Shown here: positions 16,265 through 27,008 of the stretch, one piece after another | How the letters are laid out: each line of letters opens with the position of its first letter | Numbering within the stretch: the stretch's first letter is position 1 | Source of the DNA: Silvanigrellaceae bacterium | GTDB lineage: Bacteria; Bdellovibrionota_B; Oligoflexia; Silvanigrellales; Silvanigrellaceae | Assembly: GCA_049423385.1 (NCBI GenBank) | Contig: JBMSQQ010000028.1 | Span: 1-35,404 of the forward strand | Length of the DNA stretch: 35,404 nucleotides | Direction of reading: 5' to 3' | Position numbers and translations under genes: made by a program | The notes under the pieces: model-generated | What the model saw: only the letters and a program-made list of their open reading frames with translations | The model's database searches: none | Told to the model about the DNA's origin: nothing

Positions 16265-17848
16265 ATGGGATTGAATCGATACACAGGAATTCTGTTTTCA
16301 ATTGCGATTCTCTGGTTCTCTGGTTGTGGTGCCAAGGAAAAGACGGTCGTTGTTCAGGGTGAAACCAAAAAAATTTCGACCAACGGGCCTTGCCCAATTC
16401 TGCTTCCCGAGAAAATCAAAAAGGGTCGCGATGTGGAGTGTGGAATCATCACGTCCGATGTTGAAAAAGACAACCCTGCGGCGGGTGAGATTCGTGTATC
16501 ATACTTTCGAGTGTTTGCAGTCAATAAATCCAATGCGAAGTCACCGGTAGTCATCCACTTTGGTGGTCCCGGTGATGACGGAGAGGGACCCTTTCAGTGG
16601 GCTGCCAGCAAGATAGATTCTTTGGCCGCAGACCGAGACTTGATTGCAATTGGTCAGCGCGGGACGACCCATTCATTCGTGCTTCCCCAGTGTCCTTCGA
16701 TTTCGCCAAGCAATGGCACGCTGGATGCCATTCTTGACGCCGAAAGAAGGTCCTCCGATCTTTGCAAAACATTGCTCGACAACGCAGGCATCACGCTATC
16801 GGCTTTCAGCACGACCAGTGGCGTTCGCGATGTCGAGGCTTTACGTATCGGCTTGGGGTTTTCGAAGGTGTCCTTTTATGGCATTTCCTATGGAACGGAG
16901 TTTGCGCTGGAATATGCGCGTCAGTTTCCGGCAGGAATCGACAGGATGTTGCTTGATTCAACGATTCCGCCGAATCAGGACATGGCTGAAAGCCATATTG
17001 ATGAATTCTCGGAAATTCAACGTTACCTCAAGGAACTTGTCGCTCGCTGCAAGGCATCGCCACAGTGTCTTTCATCGTACAGTGGAAATGTTCCTAATTT
17101 CGATCAGCTTTTTGAGACAGTCATGTCTTCACCGAATCCATTTATTGTTGTGCAGGGTATTCCCATCAGCAGAATTGAATTATTGTTCAGAGGTCGCTCA
17201 GCCGGCATGAGCAGGGTAAAGCGGGTTCAATTTGCTGCGATGATCGAAGCTGGTGTTGCACCCAGCCTGCAGTACACAGCAGATCTCCTGGACAGCAAAT
17301 ATTCTCAGAAATTGGCGCTCTGGCGTGGTCTTGGAGTTCCTATACCCTCCGATTCAGAAATTGCTGCCATGGAACTGGGTTTTGATGGTGGTGGTGGCGG
17401 CACCGGTTTTTCGGCCGGCATCAACACCTTTTTGAATTGCGCGGAGAATGGATTTGCCGCAGCAAGGGTTTCGTCCCTCATTGCAAGTTCAAGTTATTCA
17501 TTCATTGGCTCGGGACTTCGTCAGTGGATTTACGACCTGGCGCGTATCCGCGAAGCTGGTTGCATTGCCTTCAAACCACAGAATGATGCAATCCAGGATT
17601 CCTTCAAAACGCCCGTTCAATCGCCGGCAAAAACATACATCTTCAACTCGAGTTTTGATTCGGCAACGCCGCTCAAGCATGCGCAGCTGGCAAAACAGTC
17701 GTTGTCTGATGCGACGTTGTTCGAGTTTCCGTGTACAGCCCACGGCGTCCTGGTTTCTGCATCCTTGGAATGTGAAAATTCGATAATATCAAAGGGACTC
17801 GATGGAACGCTGACGCAGGAAAACGTCAATTGCGTCTGTAGCGAGTGA
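16265..17848 (+). CDS. Alpha/beta hydrolase lipoprotein (TAP-like peptidase/esterase)
   Basis: WFSG-C lipobox; HFGGPG, QRGT, YGISYG (nucleophile Ser), FDSATP (Asp), TAHG (His); GGAGG RBS. Confidence 0.88.
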   Translation: MGLNRYTGILFSIAILWFSGCGAKEKTVVVQGETKKISTNGPCPILLPEKIKKGRDVECGIITSDVEKDNPAAGEIRVSYFRVFAVNKSNAKSPVVIHFGGPGDDGEGPFQWAASKIDSLAADRDLIAIGQRGTTHSFVLPQCPSISPSNGTLDAILDAERRSSDLCKTLLDNAGITLSAFSTTSGVRDVEALRIGLGFSKVSFYGISYGTEFALEYARQFPAGIDRMLLDSTIPPNQDMAESHIDEFSEIQRYLKELVARCKASPQCLSSYSGNVPNFDQLFETVMSSPNPFIVVQGIPISRIELLFRGRSAGMSRVKRVQFAAMIEAGVAPSLQYTADLLDSKYSQKLALWRGLGVPIPSDSEIAAMELGFDGGGGGTGFSAGINTFLNCAENGFAAARVSSLIASSSYSFIGSGLRQWIYDLARIREAGCIAFKPQNDAIQDSFKTPVQSPAKTYIFNSSFDSATPLKHAQLAKQSLSDATLFEFPCTAHGVLVSASLECENSIISKGLDGTLTQENVNCVCSE

Positions 17849-17867
17849 ATGGTCCCGACGCACTCAG

Positions 17868-19316
17868 TCAATGACAGGAGATATTCACTTCTTTCGGAGG
17901 TGAGTTTGGATTCTTTGAGTCAAAAACCACCTTGAGTCCATCGCGGGCGATCACGTCCTTGATTCTCCTCTCCTCCATCAGTTTCTTCCGGTATTCAGGG
18001 TCCACAATCCAACGGATTGGAGCCGAGGCTTGTTCTCCAAGATCGCGGAAATTTTCGAAGCGGATGGTGATGGTCAACATTCCAAAGGTATGGGGTGGTC
18101 CGTCACGACGATCGTTGGTGTTGTTCCATTCGCTGGAGCGTCGGACGATTCCAAGGTCAAAGAAGACGCGTTTGTAGCGAACAACGACTCCCGCCTTGAG
18201 ATCTACCACAAACGGAACGGTTGATGTGAAATAATCACTGTTTCCATCAATTCGATAGTTGTTGAAAACAAGTTTTGCCTCACTTCCAAAATAAAGGTTT
18301 AAACTCCAGTCGCTGTGGCAAAGAATTCTCTTGAGCCGATTCTCAGGACTCATCATCGAAAGTTCTTCGGCCAACGAAGGAGTCATCTTGTTTCCAACGT
18401 ACATGTCGATGAGTGTGCCGAGCAATCTATAATTGAAAACCAATCCGGCATTGATGTAATTGGTGAATGAACCAGCATTGCCACCGCCATTGATGATGAC
18501 ATTGTATTCAGGGTTTGAATCGCCGTAGAGGTCGCCTTCGCCCAGTTTTACAAATTTCTGAAAATTGACATTGAAATAGAAGCGATCGGCGGCTTGGTAA
18601 TCCCAATTGACCTCTTTGTCTCCAATAAGCCGATGAAAACCGTTTTGAACCTGTTGGGCATAGGAGCCACGGCCAATTGTTCCAAGTTGCAACTCGAGGC
18701 GCTGCATCGATCTGGCGCGTTGCTTGTCCTTGTCCATTTTGTATGAATTGACCGCGCCACCACAATAAAGCACGCCCGCATTAGGCGGTTCATTGGGTCG
18801 CTTCGTTCCAATATCATTGTTGGATGTGTTGTAGATGTTCTGTCCACAAAGAAAAAAGAAGTCGGTGTGATCGAAACCAAGTTTCTTGAAGAACTTTTCA
18901 AATTCAGGATTGTTGAAACTCAGTTCCACACGCAAACCATTTGTGTAGTACACATCGGTTCCGCCCAGGAAGTCGTTTTCCATCGTCATTTTGAGACCGT
19001 CGATGACGGGGCGATCACGCATGAGATTCTCTATTTCCTCATCGGGAATAGAGTCACTCTTCAATGAAGCAATCAATCTCTTTTCATTTTCTGCTTTGAG
19101 TGCTTTGAAAACGGGAACCAGCTTTTTGTCCTTGAAGACGAGCCGGAGCTCCTTGTCGTGGTCGGATATTGACGTGTCATAGAGAATTTCGATGATTTCT
19201 TCGACTTCGTCGTAAATCTTCTTGTTCTCAAAATAGTCGGGTCTATCAAAAAAGCTTGCGCGTGCGGGATTGAGGACAAGGAACGTCAGAACAAACAACA
19301 AGACACGATACAGCAT
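17868..19316 (-). CDS. lpxR: Lipid A 3'-O-deacylase LpxR-family (DUF2219) outer-membrane protein with extensions
   Basis: Signal peptide; ENDFLGGTDVYYTNG, GQNIY, LGTIG..SYAQQVQNGFHRLIG and W.YQ motifs typical of the LpxR family. Confidence 0.75.
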   Translation of the reverse strand: MLYRVLLFVLTFLVLNPARASFFDRPDYFENKKIYDEVEEIIEILYDTSISDHDKELRLVFKDKKLVPVFKALKAENEKRLIASLKSDSIPDEEIENLMRDRPVIDGLKMTMENDFLGGTDVYYTNGLRVELSFNNPEFEKFFKKLGFDHTDFFFLCGQNIYNTSNNDIGTKRPNEPPNAGVLYCGGAVNSYKMDKDKQRARSMQRLELQLGTIGRGSYAQQVQNGFHRLIGDKEVNWDYQAADRFYFNVNFQKFVKLGEGDLYGDSNPEYNVIINGGGNAGSFTNYINAGLVFNYRLLGTLIDMYVGNKMTPSLAEELSMMSPENRLKRILCHSDWSLNLYFGSEAKLVFNNYRIDGNSDYFTSTVPFVVDLKAGVVVRYKRVFFDLGIVRRSSEWNNTNDRRDGPPHTFGMLTITIRFENFRDLGEQASAPIRWIVDPEYRKKLMEERRIKDVIARDGLKVVFDSKNPNSPPKEVNISCH

Positions 19317-19377
19317 GGAGGCCCGACCTTGTTCAAGAGTGTGAATTCATTGGTCGTAGCTACAATAGGCGAGATTT

Positions 19378-20880
19378 TTAATCAATTGATGGTGCTGAGT
19401 TGGGCTTCATTGAATTCATATTCATTCGTAAATCTTGCGTGTTAGCTCGGCCGAGATACTGATCAATTGCTGCCGCGGCACGCCGACCCTCGGCAATGGC
19501 CCAGACCACAAGTGATTGGCCCCTGCGCATATCCCCTGCTGCGAAAATGCCATCAATGCTTGTCTTGAAGTCTGTTTCGTTTGCCTCAATGTTGCCTCTG
19601 GCAGTGAATTTGAGGCCCTCGGCTTCGAATCCTTCTCGATTTTCGGGACCGATAAAACCGCATGCGACAAGCGCGAGTTCGCAAGGCCAATTCTGAGGTT
19701 GGTCCGGAAAATCAATTGAATCAGAGGAACTTGTCATATGATTTCGGGTCGAAATCGCGGTGAGTTGGCCGTGTTCATCGCCCTCAAAGCCCGTGGATTC
19801 GATTTGCCAATAGCGCTCACCGCCCTCTTCCTGCGAGGACGACGTGCGCAGGATATGGGGCCACTCGGGCCAAGGCGTCGTGCTGGGGCGGAGGTCCCGG
19901 GTTGGCATGGTGCCCACGTTCACGGGCTTCGGCATGATTTCAAATTGCACGACAGATTTGGCACCCTGGCGAAGCGCAGTTCCAACGCAATCTGAACCTG
20001 TGTCGCCTCCGCCAATGACGACGACGTTTTTTCCTTTGGCGGAGATTTCGAGTTCGAGCGGAATAGTCTGGCCTTCATTCCGTCTTGTCGCCTGACTCAA
20101 ATAGGAGTGGGCAAAATGAACTCCTTTCAAATTTCTCCCATGGAGAGGCAGATCCCGTTCGCGCGTTGAGCCACAGGCCAAAAGAACCGCGTCATGTTCC
20201 GAACGTAGTTTTTCAAGGCTGACATCCGTGCCAATCTCGATTCCGCAGACAAACTCAACCCCTTCGTCGCGCAGCAGCTGAATGCGCCGTTCGACCTTGT
20301 CTTTCTGCAATTTGAAGTCTGGAATTCCGTAGCGGAGCAACCCTCCCGGTTGTTCCGCACGCTCGAAAACAATCACCCGATGTCCATGTCGATTGAGTTG
20401 CTGAGCGGCTGCAAGACCCGTTGGCCCACTGCCAATGATTGCAATACTCTTTCCGCTTTGGAGGCTTGGCATTATCGGCTTTATCCAGCCTTTTTCGAAG
20501 CCCATGTCTGCGAGTGTCATTTCGATGTTTTCGATGCTCACCGGTTGCGAGTTGATACCAAGGACACATGCGGTTTCGCAAGGTGCTGGACAAACCCTTC
20601 CTGTGAATTCCGGAAAATTGTTGGTCGAAAGAAGAGACTCCAAAGCATCTTGAAGATGTCCCTGCGACGCCAGATTGTTCCATTCCGGAATTACGTTGCC
20701 GAGCGGGCATCCGCGATGACAAAACGCCACACCACAGTCCATGCAGCGACTGGCCTGAACAGCCAGAGTCTCTTTACTGTAACGCATGACAAACTCTTTG
20801 GAGTGACTGAGTCGTTCTTTTGGCTTTTCCTTGTCGAGTTCGGCCCGTTGATACTTCAGGAATCCCTTGGGATCAGACAT
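19378..20880 (-). CDS. gltD: Glutamate synthase small subunit
   Basis: RCMDCGVAFCHRGCP, NNFPEFTGRVCPAPCE, IIGSGPTG, VIGGGDTGSDC, AGDMRRGQSLVVWAIAEGR. Confidence 0.96.
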   Translation of the reverse strand: MSDPKGFLKYQRAELDKEKPKERLSHSKEFVMRYSKETLAVQASRCMDCGVAFCHRGCPLGNVIPEWNNLASQGHLQDALESLLSTNNFPEFTGRVCPAPCETACVLGINSQPVSIENIEMTLADMGFEKGWIKPIMPSLQSGKSIAIIGSGPTGLAAAQQLNRHGHRVIVFERAEQPGGLLRYGIPDFKLQKDKVERRIQLLRDEGVEFVCGIEIGTDVSLEKLRSEHDAVLLACGSTRERDLPLHGRNLKGVHFAHSYLSQATRRNEGQTIPLELEISAKGKNVVVIGGGDTGSDCVGTALRQGAKSVVQFEIMPKPVNVGTMPTRDLRPSTTPWPEWPHILRTSSSQEEGGERYWQIESTGFEGDEHGQLTAISTRNHMTSSSDSIDFPDQPQNWPCELALVACGFIGPENREGFEAEGLKFTARGNIEANETDFKTSIDGIFAAGDMRRGQSLVVWAIAEGRRAAAAIDQYLGRANTQDLRMNMNSMKPNSAPSID

Positions 20881-23800
20881 GGATCTCTTCTCCTGCTGAC
20901 AAGCCGGTTCTGTTCGAAATGACGTCCGTGGTTGGTGGATCTACTGTTTGATGTTGCATGATGCTCTTGACGATACCCTTATTTACCGGCGACTCGATCG
21001 GAGCAACGATTTTGAACTTTCGCAGGGCCGAATTCCAATCATTCAGGATGCGAGCAGCGGTGGGACTCTCTGTTGCGCGAAAATGGTTGGTGATTTGTTG
21101 CCAAAGGAATTCCGATTCATCGGAAGATTCAATATCCTTGATTCGAACCATTTGGAGGTTGATATTTTCTTCGAGTTGGGAATTGGGATCATGGACAAAG
21201 GCAATCCCACCACTCATGCCAGCTGCAAAGTTTTTGCCTGTGGCACCGAGAACCACGACACTCCCGCCTGTCATGTATTCACAGCAGTGGTCACCAACGC
21301 CTTCGATGACAGCGTGCGCACCGCTGTTTCTGACTGCAAATCGTTCACCCGCAATTCCACGTCCGTAGAATTCACCCGAGGTTGCTCCGTAGAGTGTGGT
21401 GTTTCCACAAATGACGTTGGCACTGGCATCCCCTCTGAAGTCCCGATCCGGAAGAAGAGCAATCTTTGCTCCGGAAAGGCCCTTGCCACAATAGTCGTTG
21501 CATTCACCCTCAAGGACTGCCGAGATTCCGTATGCACCGAAGGCCATAAAACTCTGTCCAGCAGCTCCCCGCAAATTCAGCCGAATGGTGTCGTGTTCGA
21601 TGGTTTGCGTCCCCCATGTTTTTGTCAGCCAGGATGACAAGAGTGTTCCCACACTTCGGTCGATGTTGGTGATTGTTGAACTGATCATGCACTTTCTGCG
21701 AACCTGCATTGCCTTCGTCGCTTCTGGCAGCAGCACTTTAGCATCGAACCTTTTGTCAATATCGTGATCCTGATGCTCGAAGCCAACGTTGGCACGAACC
21801 CAAGGCTCACCTTGCACGCGGAGTAACTTGGAGAGATCGATTTTTCGAAGGTTCCCCGTTTCGTCGCGACCCTTTGCGATCAGCAGGTCCTTGCGGCCCA
21901 CCATTTCATCGACTGTCCGCAGGCCCAGGCCTGCCATGATTTCGCGGAGTCCTTCTGCCAAAAGAAAAATATAATTGATCAAGTGCTCGGGCTGTCCGTG
22001 GAATCTTTCACGGAGTACGGGATCCTGGGTCGCAATACCCACAGGGCAGGTATTGAGATGACATTTTCTCATCATGATGCAGCCAAGGCTTACCAACGCG
22101 CCCGTGGCGATTCCCCACTCTTCCGCACCAAGCAAAGTCGCAATGGCGATATCCCTGGGTGTTCTGAGTTGACCATCGGTTTGAAGTATCACTCTGCTCC
22201 GCAAACCCTGGATAACCAAAGATTGATGTGCTTCGTCGATACCCAATTCCCATGGAAGGCCAGCATGCTGAATCGAGGAAAGGGGACTTGCGCCCGTTCC
22301 ACCTTCGCAGCCGCTGATGAGGATGACATCTGCTTTCGCCTTCGCAACTCCTGCTGCTACCGTGCCCACCCCACTTTCGGAGACGAGTTTGACGCTGATC
22401 CGTGCCTGTGAATTGGCTGACTTCAAATCGTAAATCAGCTGAGCAAGGTCTTCGATGGAATAGATGTCGTGGTGTGGAGGAGGCGAAATGAGTGTGATGC
22501 CCTGAGCGCTATGTCGTGTTCGAGCGATATGCTCATCAACCTTGTGGCCTGGGAGCTGACCACCCTCGCCAGGCTTTGCTCCCTGGGCGATTTTGATTTG
22601 CAGTTCTTGTGCATTGACCAGATATTCGATTGTCACGCCAAATCTTGCGCTCGCAATCTGCTTGATTGCACTGTTGCGGTTTGGCTTGTCCGGAAGACTT
22701 CGATAGCGCGAAGGTTCTTCACCACCTTCACCCGAATTGCTTTTAGCGCCAATCCTGTTCATCGCGATAGCAATTGTTTCGTGTGCCTCGCGACTGAGTG
22801 AGCCGAAACTCATGGCACCCGTGGAAAATCTCTTGACGATATTTCTGACGTCCTCAACCTCGTCCAGGGGCAACGGTTTTTCCGATTTCTTGAAGGTCAA
22901 AACCGACCTCAGGTGAATCCTCTCAGTTTCGTCGATTGCTTTGCAGAATTTCACAAAATCTTCGCGTGAATTGAGCATTGTTGCATTCTGAAGCGCAGAA
23001 ATCGATTCGGGATTGTGAAGGTGGCGCTCGCCATCGCGCCGCCATTTGTAAACTCCACGATCGACAAGCCGCGGTGCAATGGCCGAGGATGGTAACGCTG
23101 CTTTCTTGTGGATCCAGAATCGTTCAAGAACATCGGCAGCTATCTCGTCCAAAGAAAGTCCATGAACGCGACAGGTGGTCCCCTTGAAAACGGTGTCAAT
23201 CACTTCCGGATTGATCCCTATGGCTTCAAAAAGCTGCGCTCCACGGTAAGATTGAAGGGTGGAGATTCCCATTTTTGCCATAATTTTCAGAAGACCGTCG
23301 TTGACGGACTTGATGTAGTTGTGGGTTCTGCGCTCTTCCGAGATGGAGTTTGAGAATCCTGCCTGTTCTGAACCCGACTGTATTGTTTGCAGTGCAAGCC
23401 AGGGGTGAACGGCCGAAGCGCCATATCCAATCAGCAGTGCAAAGTGATGAACTTCACGTGGCTCACCACTTTCAACCACCAGACTGCATTTTTGCCTGAG
23501 TCCCATTTCCAAAAGGGAATTGTGAAGGAATGCAGTCACCACAAGAGGTGGGACGGGTGCCAATTCATCATCTGCATCGACATCTGAAAGCAACAGGATG
23601 TCATGACCTTCCGAAATTGAATCGATAGTTGCCTTCAGGATTCTCTCCAGAGCGTCTGAGAATTTTTCACCCGCGGCGGAAAATGTTGTGTTGATTTTCG
23701 CGACACGTTTTTTCGCGTTCCCGTCCGTCAAAAGAATCTGAACGTCTTGTCTTGTGAGTACGGGATGCAGCATGCGAATGCGATGACACTGTTCTTCGCT

Positions 23801-25552
23801 TTCTTTCCAAAAACTGAGTTCTCTTCCCAGAAAAGTCGTCAAGGAAGTCACTCGTTCTTCGCGCAGGCAGTCGATGGGAGGATTCGTTACCTGAGCAAAC
23901 AGCTGCCGGAAGTAGTTGTATATGAGCGGTCTTTTTTCCGACAAAATCGCCAAAGGTGTGTCGTTCCCCATCGAACCATCTGGCTCTTTTCCAAGGTTTG
24001 CCATCGGGGCCAGGATAAAAGTGAGATCTTCCTGGGTGTATCCAAACATCTGGTGCAGGCAAATCTCACCGATCGAATTGCCGTGTTTTTCGGTTTTTCT
24101 CTCTGAAACGTGTCCACCGACTCTTTCATCAAGGCATATCCGCTGTTGCGCCAACCAATCGGCATAGGGGTTCTGCTTGGAGAGGCTTGCCTTGATCTCT
24201 TCATCCGGAATCACTCGTCGAACATTCATGTCGACCAGCAGGATGCGTCCAGGTGCAAGCCGACCTTTTGTGATGATCTCTTCCTGTCGTCTGGGCAGCA
24301 CTCCTGCCTCCGAAGCACAAATCACCGTCTTGTCACGCGTGATCCAGTATCGGCCGGGCCGAAGCCCGTTCCTGTCGAGAATGGCACCAACCTGGCCGCC
24401 ATGAAAAAACGCCATAAGCGCCGGTCCGTCCCAGGGCTCCATCATAGTTGATTGGTATTCGTAGTAGGCTTTCAGTTGGGCGTTCATTTGGGAATCTTTT
24501 TCCCATGGCTCAGGAATCATCATCGTGAGCACGTTCGAAAGTGGCCGGCCGCTTTGCAAGAGAAAGTCGACTGCGTTGTCGAACATGGCAGAGTCGCTCA
24601 TCCCGGGCGTGCACACAGGGCCCAGAGACTGCATTGGCATTTCGCAGTCCTCGTTATTCACCAATGCAACTCTGCTCTGAAAAGCAACAACATTTCCGCG
24701 GAGTGTATTGATTTCACCGTTGTGAGCGAGCTTTCGGAACGGCTGAGCGAGTGGCCATGCCGGAAGGGTGTTTGTACTGAACCTCCGATGCACAACTGCA
24801 AAGCTTGATGTGAATTGTCGATTTGCAAGGTCTGGATAGAATTTTTCAAGTGACTCGGACGTCGTCAATGCCTTGTAGCAGATGCTGTCGGTCGACAGGC
24901 TGCAGATATGAAAGCGAAGTTGCGTTCTTCCGTATCTTTCCCTTGCCTTCTCTTCGATTTTTTTCTGAAAGATATACAGTCGTTTTGCGAAAGATGATTT
25001 TTCCAGTCTCGAATCAACCATCACGAACTGGTGAATCTTCGGACAATTCGCCCTTGCAATTGGGCCAAGGACGGAAACGTCCAACGGAACACTTCGATTG
25101 AACAATAGGCTCAATCCTTGAGCCTGGGCTTCTTGTGACCAGTTATTCTCCCATTCCGAACACTCCGATGGATCCGAAGGCATAAAAGTCATACCCACGG
25201 CATACTCACCAGCCTCAGGAAGTTTCTTCCCAACCCTCGAGGCCGACTGTTTCAACAATTCGTGTGGAATGTTCAAAAGCAATCCGGCACCATCGGACGT
25301 GACACCGTCGGCGGCGACTCCGCCGCGATGTTCCATACGGCAGAGCATCTGCAAACCATCTCGAACAATCTGATGGCTTTTTGTCCCCAGGATGTTTGCT
25401 ACAAATCCCACGCCACAGGCGTCCGCCTGGTTCAACCTGGGATCGCTGAATTCAAATCTGTCAGCATGATACGTGGGCATTCCGGAACCTTCCACAGCGG
25501 CAGAATACAGTTGAGCCTGATGAACAATTTTCGGTTCAAGATTCGGTTGCAA
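20873..25552 (-). CDS. gltB: Glutamate synthase large subunit
   Basis: DACGVGF (catalytic Cys after processing), RFSTNT, HNGEINT, EPWDGPA, AQGAKPGEGGQLPG, CIMMRKCHLNTCPVGIATQ and a GXGXG C-terminal domain. Start uncertain (TTG 25552 or ATG 25480); 8-nt overlap with gltD. Confidence 0.97.
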   Translation of the reverse strand: MQPNLEPKIVHQAQLYSAAVEGSGMPTYHADRFEFSDPRLNQADACGVGFVANILGTKSHQIVRDGLQMLCRMEHRGGVAADGVTSDGAGLLLNIPHELLKQSASRVGKKLPEAGEYAVGMTFMPSDPSECSEWENNWSQEAQAQGLSLLFNRSVPLDVSVLGPIARANCPKIHQFVMVDSRLEKSSFAKRLYIFQKKIEEKARERYGRTQLRFHICSLSTDSICYKALTTSESLEKFYPDLANRQFTSSFAVVHRRFSTNTLPAWPLAQPFRKLAHNGEINTLRGNVVAFQSRVALVNNEDCEMPMQSLGPVCTPGMSDSAMFDNAVDFLLQSGRPLSNVLTMMIPEPWEKDSQMNAQLKAYYEYQSTMMEPWDGPALMAFFHGGQVGAILDRNGLRPGRYWITRDKTVICASEAGVLPRRQEEIITKGRLAPGRILLVDMNVRRVIPDEEIKASLSKQNPYADWLAQQRICLDERVGGHVSERKTEKHGNSIGEICLHQMFGYTQEDLTFILAPMANLGKEPDGSMGNDTPLAILSEKRPLIYNYFRQLFAQVTNPPIDCLREERVTSLTTFLGRELSFWKESEEQCHRIRMLHPVLTRQDVQILLTDGNAKKRVAKINTTFSAAGEKFSDALERILKATIDSISEGHDILLLSDVDADDELAPVPPLVVTAFLHNSLLEMGLRQKCSLVVESGEPREVHHFALLIGYGASAVHPWLALQTIQSGSEQAGFSNSISEERRTHNYIKSVNDGLLKIMAKMGISTLQSYRGAQLFEAIGINPEVIDTVFKGTTCRVHGLSLDEIAADVLERFWIHKKAALPSSAIAPRLVDRGVYKWRRDGERHLHNPESISALQNATMLNSREDFVKFCKAIDETERIHLRSVLTFKKSEKPLPLDEVEDVRNIVKRFSTGAMSFGSLSREAHETIAIAMNRIGAKSNSGEGGEEPSRYRSLPDKPNRNSAIKQIASARFGVTIEYLVNAQELQIKIAQGAKPGEGGQLPGHKVDEHIARTRHSAQGITLISPPPHHDIYSIEDLAQLIYDLKSANSQARISVKLVSESGVGTVAAGVAKAKADVILISGCEGGTGASPLSSIQHAGLPWELGIDEAHQSLVIQGLRSRVILQTDGQLRTPRDIAIATLLGAEEWGIATGALVSLGCIMMRKCHLNTCPVGIATQDPVLRERFHGQPEHLINYIFLLAEGLREIMAGLGLRTVDEMVGRKDLLIAKGRDETGNLRKIDLSKLLRVQGEPWVRANVGFEHQDHDIDKRFDAKVLLPEATKAMQVRRKCMISSTITNIDRSVGTLLSSWLTKTWGTQTIEHDTIRLNLRGAAGQSFMAFGAYGISAVLEGECNDYCGKGLSGAKIALLPDRDFRGDASANVICGNTTLYGATSGEFYGRGIAGERFAVRNSGAHAVIEGVGDHCCEYMTGGSVVVLGATGKNFAAGMSGGIAFVHDPNSQLEENINLQMVRIKDIESSDESEFLWQQITNHFRATESPTAARILNDWNSALRKFKIVAPIESPVNKGIVKSIMQHQTVDPPTTDVISNRTGLSAGEEIHV

Positions 25553-25736
25553 ATTTGTGCAGACAGATAGGGATAATTTGCTTTGTTTGTACAGTATTCC
25601 GGGAATTGTGGTTCAGACAGCAAAACAGAGGCATGGAAATATTGCGCGCCGACGCAAACATTTTGATGGAAGTGAGCAAACGACACTCAGTTGCTTCAAC
25701 TTTTGCCGTTCGAATTTATTGCCGATCGACACCTAT

Positions 25737-26861
25737 TCAAGGTTGGGGAAATGGACTCGAGAAATTGACCCGCTCCAGCTGCACGGGATTTCCAAGACCA
25801 TCGAGCGACGGAATCGAGTCTGGCAGGTCAGCCTGATAAAGAATCTGTCCGGTTTGTGGAATCAGTGTGTTGAGCATGAATTTATCCACCGGGAACGGAA
25901 TTGTTGGGTTGATGTCCATGAACGACAGCGTGTTTCGAACTGGAATATCCGGATTCCCCAGAAGCTGGCGTGCACCATCACCCAAGGCACCCAGGGCGAG
26001 TTGGACGGTTCCGTGGTTCTGGCTCCACGCACGCACCCTTCCAGGATAATACGCATGATGATGACCACTCACGTAAAGATCGACTTTGTAGCGGTCGAAC
26101 ATTTCATAAAGCTTTCTTGAATCTGCCAGGATTTCTCCGGGCCGCTCACGACCTTTGGCAACCGCGAGCAATGGAAGGTGTCCAACAACAATCCGGGTGG
26201 AGATGGATGAATCCATTGCCAGTGTCTGGAGCTGCTGTTCGAGCCAGTTCTGCTTTCTGCGGATCTCGGAAGCAGATGTACCATCGATGACGATGATTCC
26301 TGTCGTACCGTGACGAACAGAATAGTAAAATGGAAAATCCTCGCGACTCAGCCATTCGAAGGGATTTGCAGCATTGTCAACTTTACTGGTCCAGAATTCT
26401 TTCGCGATCTGTCGCTCGCGATCAAAAATGAATTGACCACTGGGACTTCGCTCGGATGAGGCATCATGATTGCCGAGGGCGGACAGAAACGGAATCTCCA
26501 GATTGTCCAGCGGTTGAAGGACGACTCTTGAAAATTCTCCCCACATCGCACGGAGTCTTTCATCGGTCAGCGAGAGTTGTTGACCAGCCACCAAATCTCC
26601 GGCGCCGAGAACGAGTCCGCAATTCAGTTTTTTGAGACGATTCATGGCGGCATGCACCGATTGCGGTAGCTCAACGCTTCCGTAACTTCCGTTCATGTCG
26701 CTGACAAAACAGATCCGTTGATTTTTTTCATCATTTCCAATCGCACGAGGTGCTGCATGGATATCGCGGAAGTCGCCTATTGACCACATGCCGAAAAGTG
26801 CAAGGACAACCGGAAAAGGCCTGCAAAGCGAAAGAAAATTCCTGGAAAAAATCGCTGGCAT
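25737..26861 (-). CDS. Calcineurin-like metallophosphoesterase, probably exported
   Basis: SDMNGSYG, AGDLVAGQ, LGNHD, GHLP, SGHHHAYYPG; ATG 26861 follows AAGGAG; hydrophobic N-terminus. Confidence 0.88.
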   Translation of the reverse strand: MPAIFSRNFLSLCRPFPVVLALFGMWSIGDFRDIHAAPRAIGNDEKNQRICFVSDMNGSYGSVELPQSVHAAMNRLKKLNCGLVLGAGDLVAGQQLSLTDERLRAMWGEFSRVVLQPLDNLEIPFLSALGNHDASSERSPSGQFIFDRERQIAKEFWTSKVDNAANPFEWLSREDFPFYYSVRHGTTGIIVIDGTSASEIRRKQNWLEQQLQTLAMDSSISTRIVVGHLPLLAVAKGRERPGEILADSRKLYEMFDRYKVDLYVSGHHHAYYPGRVRAWSQNHGTVQLALGALGDGARQLLGNPDIPVRNTLSFMDINPTIPFPVDKFMLNTLIPQTGQILYQADLPDSIPSLDGLGNPVQLERVNFSSPFPQP

Positions 26862-27008
26862 TGGATTTCTCTCCTTTGAGGCGAAGTTACACCTTTCGAA
26901 AAACAGTGTCATATTTTTTGCACTTTTTTTTCAAATTCTCGTCGAATTCCCGATCTCAAAGTAATCTGGGTTTCGAAGCTTCGACTACACTCGTTTAAGG
27001 GTTTGAGA

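Noticed and set aside
25545..25565. CTGCACAAATTTGCA on the minus strand as a sigma-54 promoter or NtrC site for gltB
   Set aside because: Lacks the invariant -24 GG, and the TGCA...TGCA spacing is shorter than the 17-bp NtrC site.
20948..25570. Many plus-strand ORFs (up to 229 aa) within gltB
   Set aside because: Antisense shadows of a conserved gene; gltB shows no obvious frameshift or intein-like insertion.
26931..26956. TCAA-N14-CCCGATCT as a fourth sigma-28 promoter (for the 27009 lipoprotein)
   Set aside because: The spacer is one base short and the -10 match is weak; not counted.
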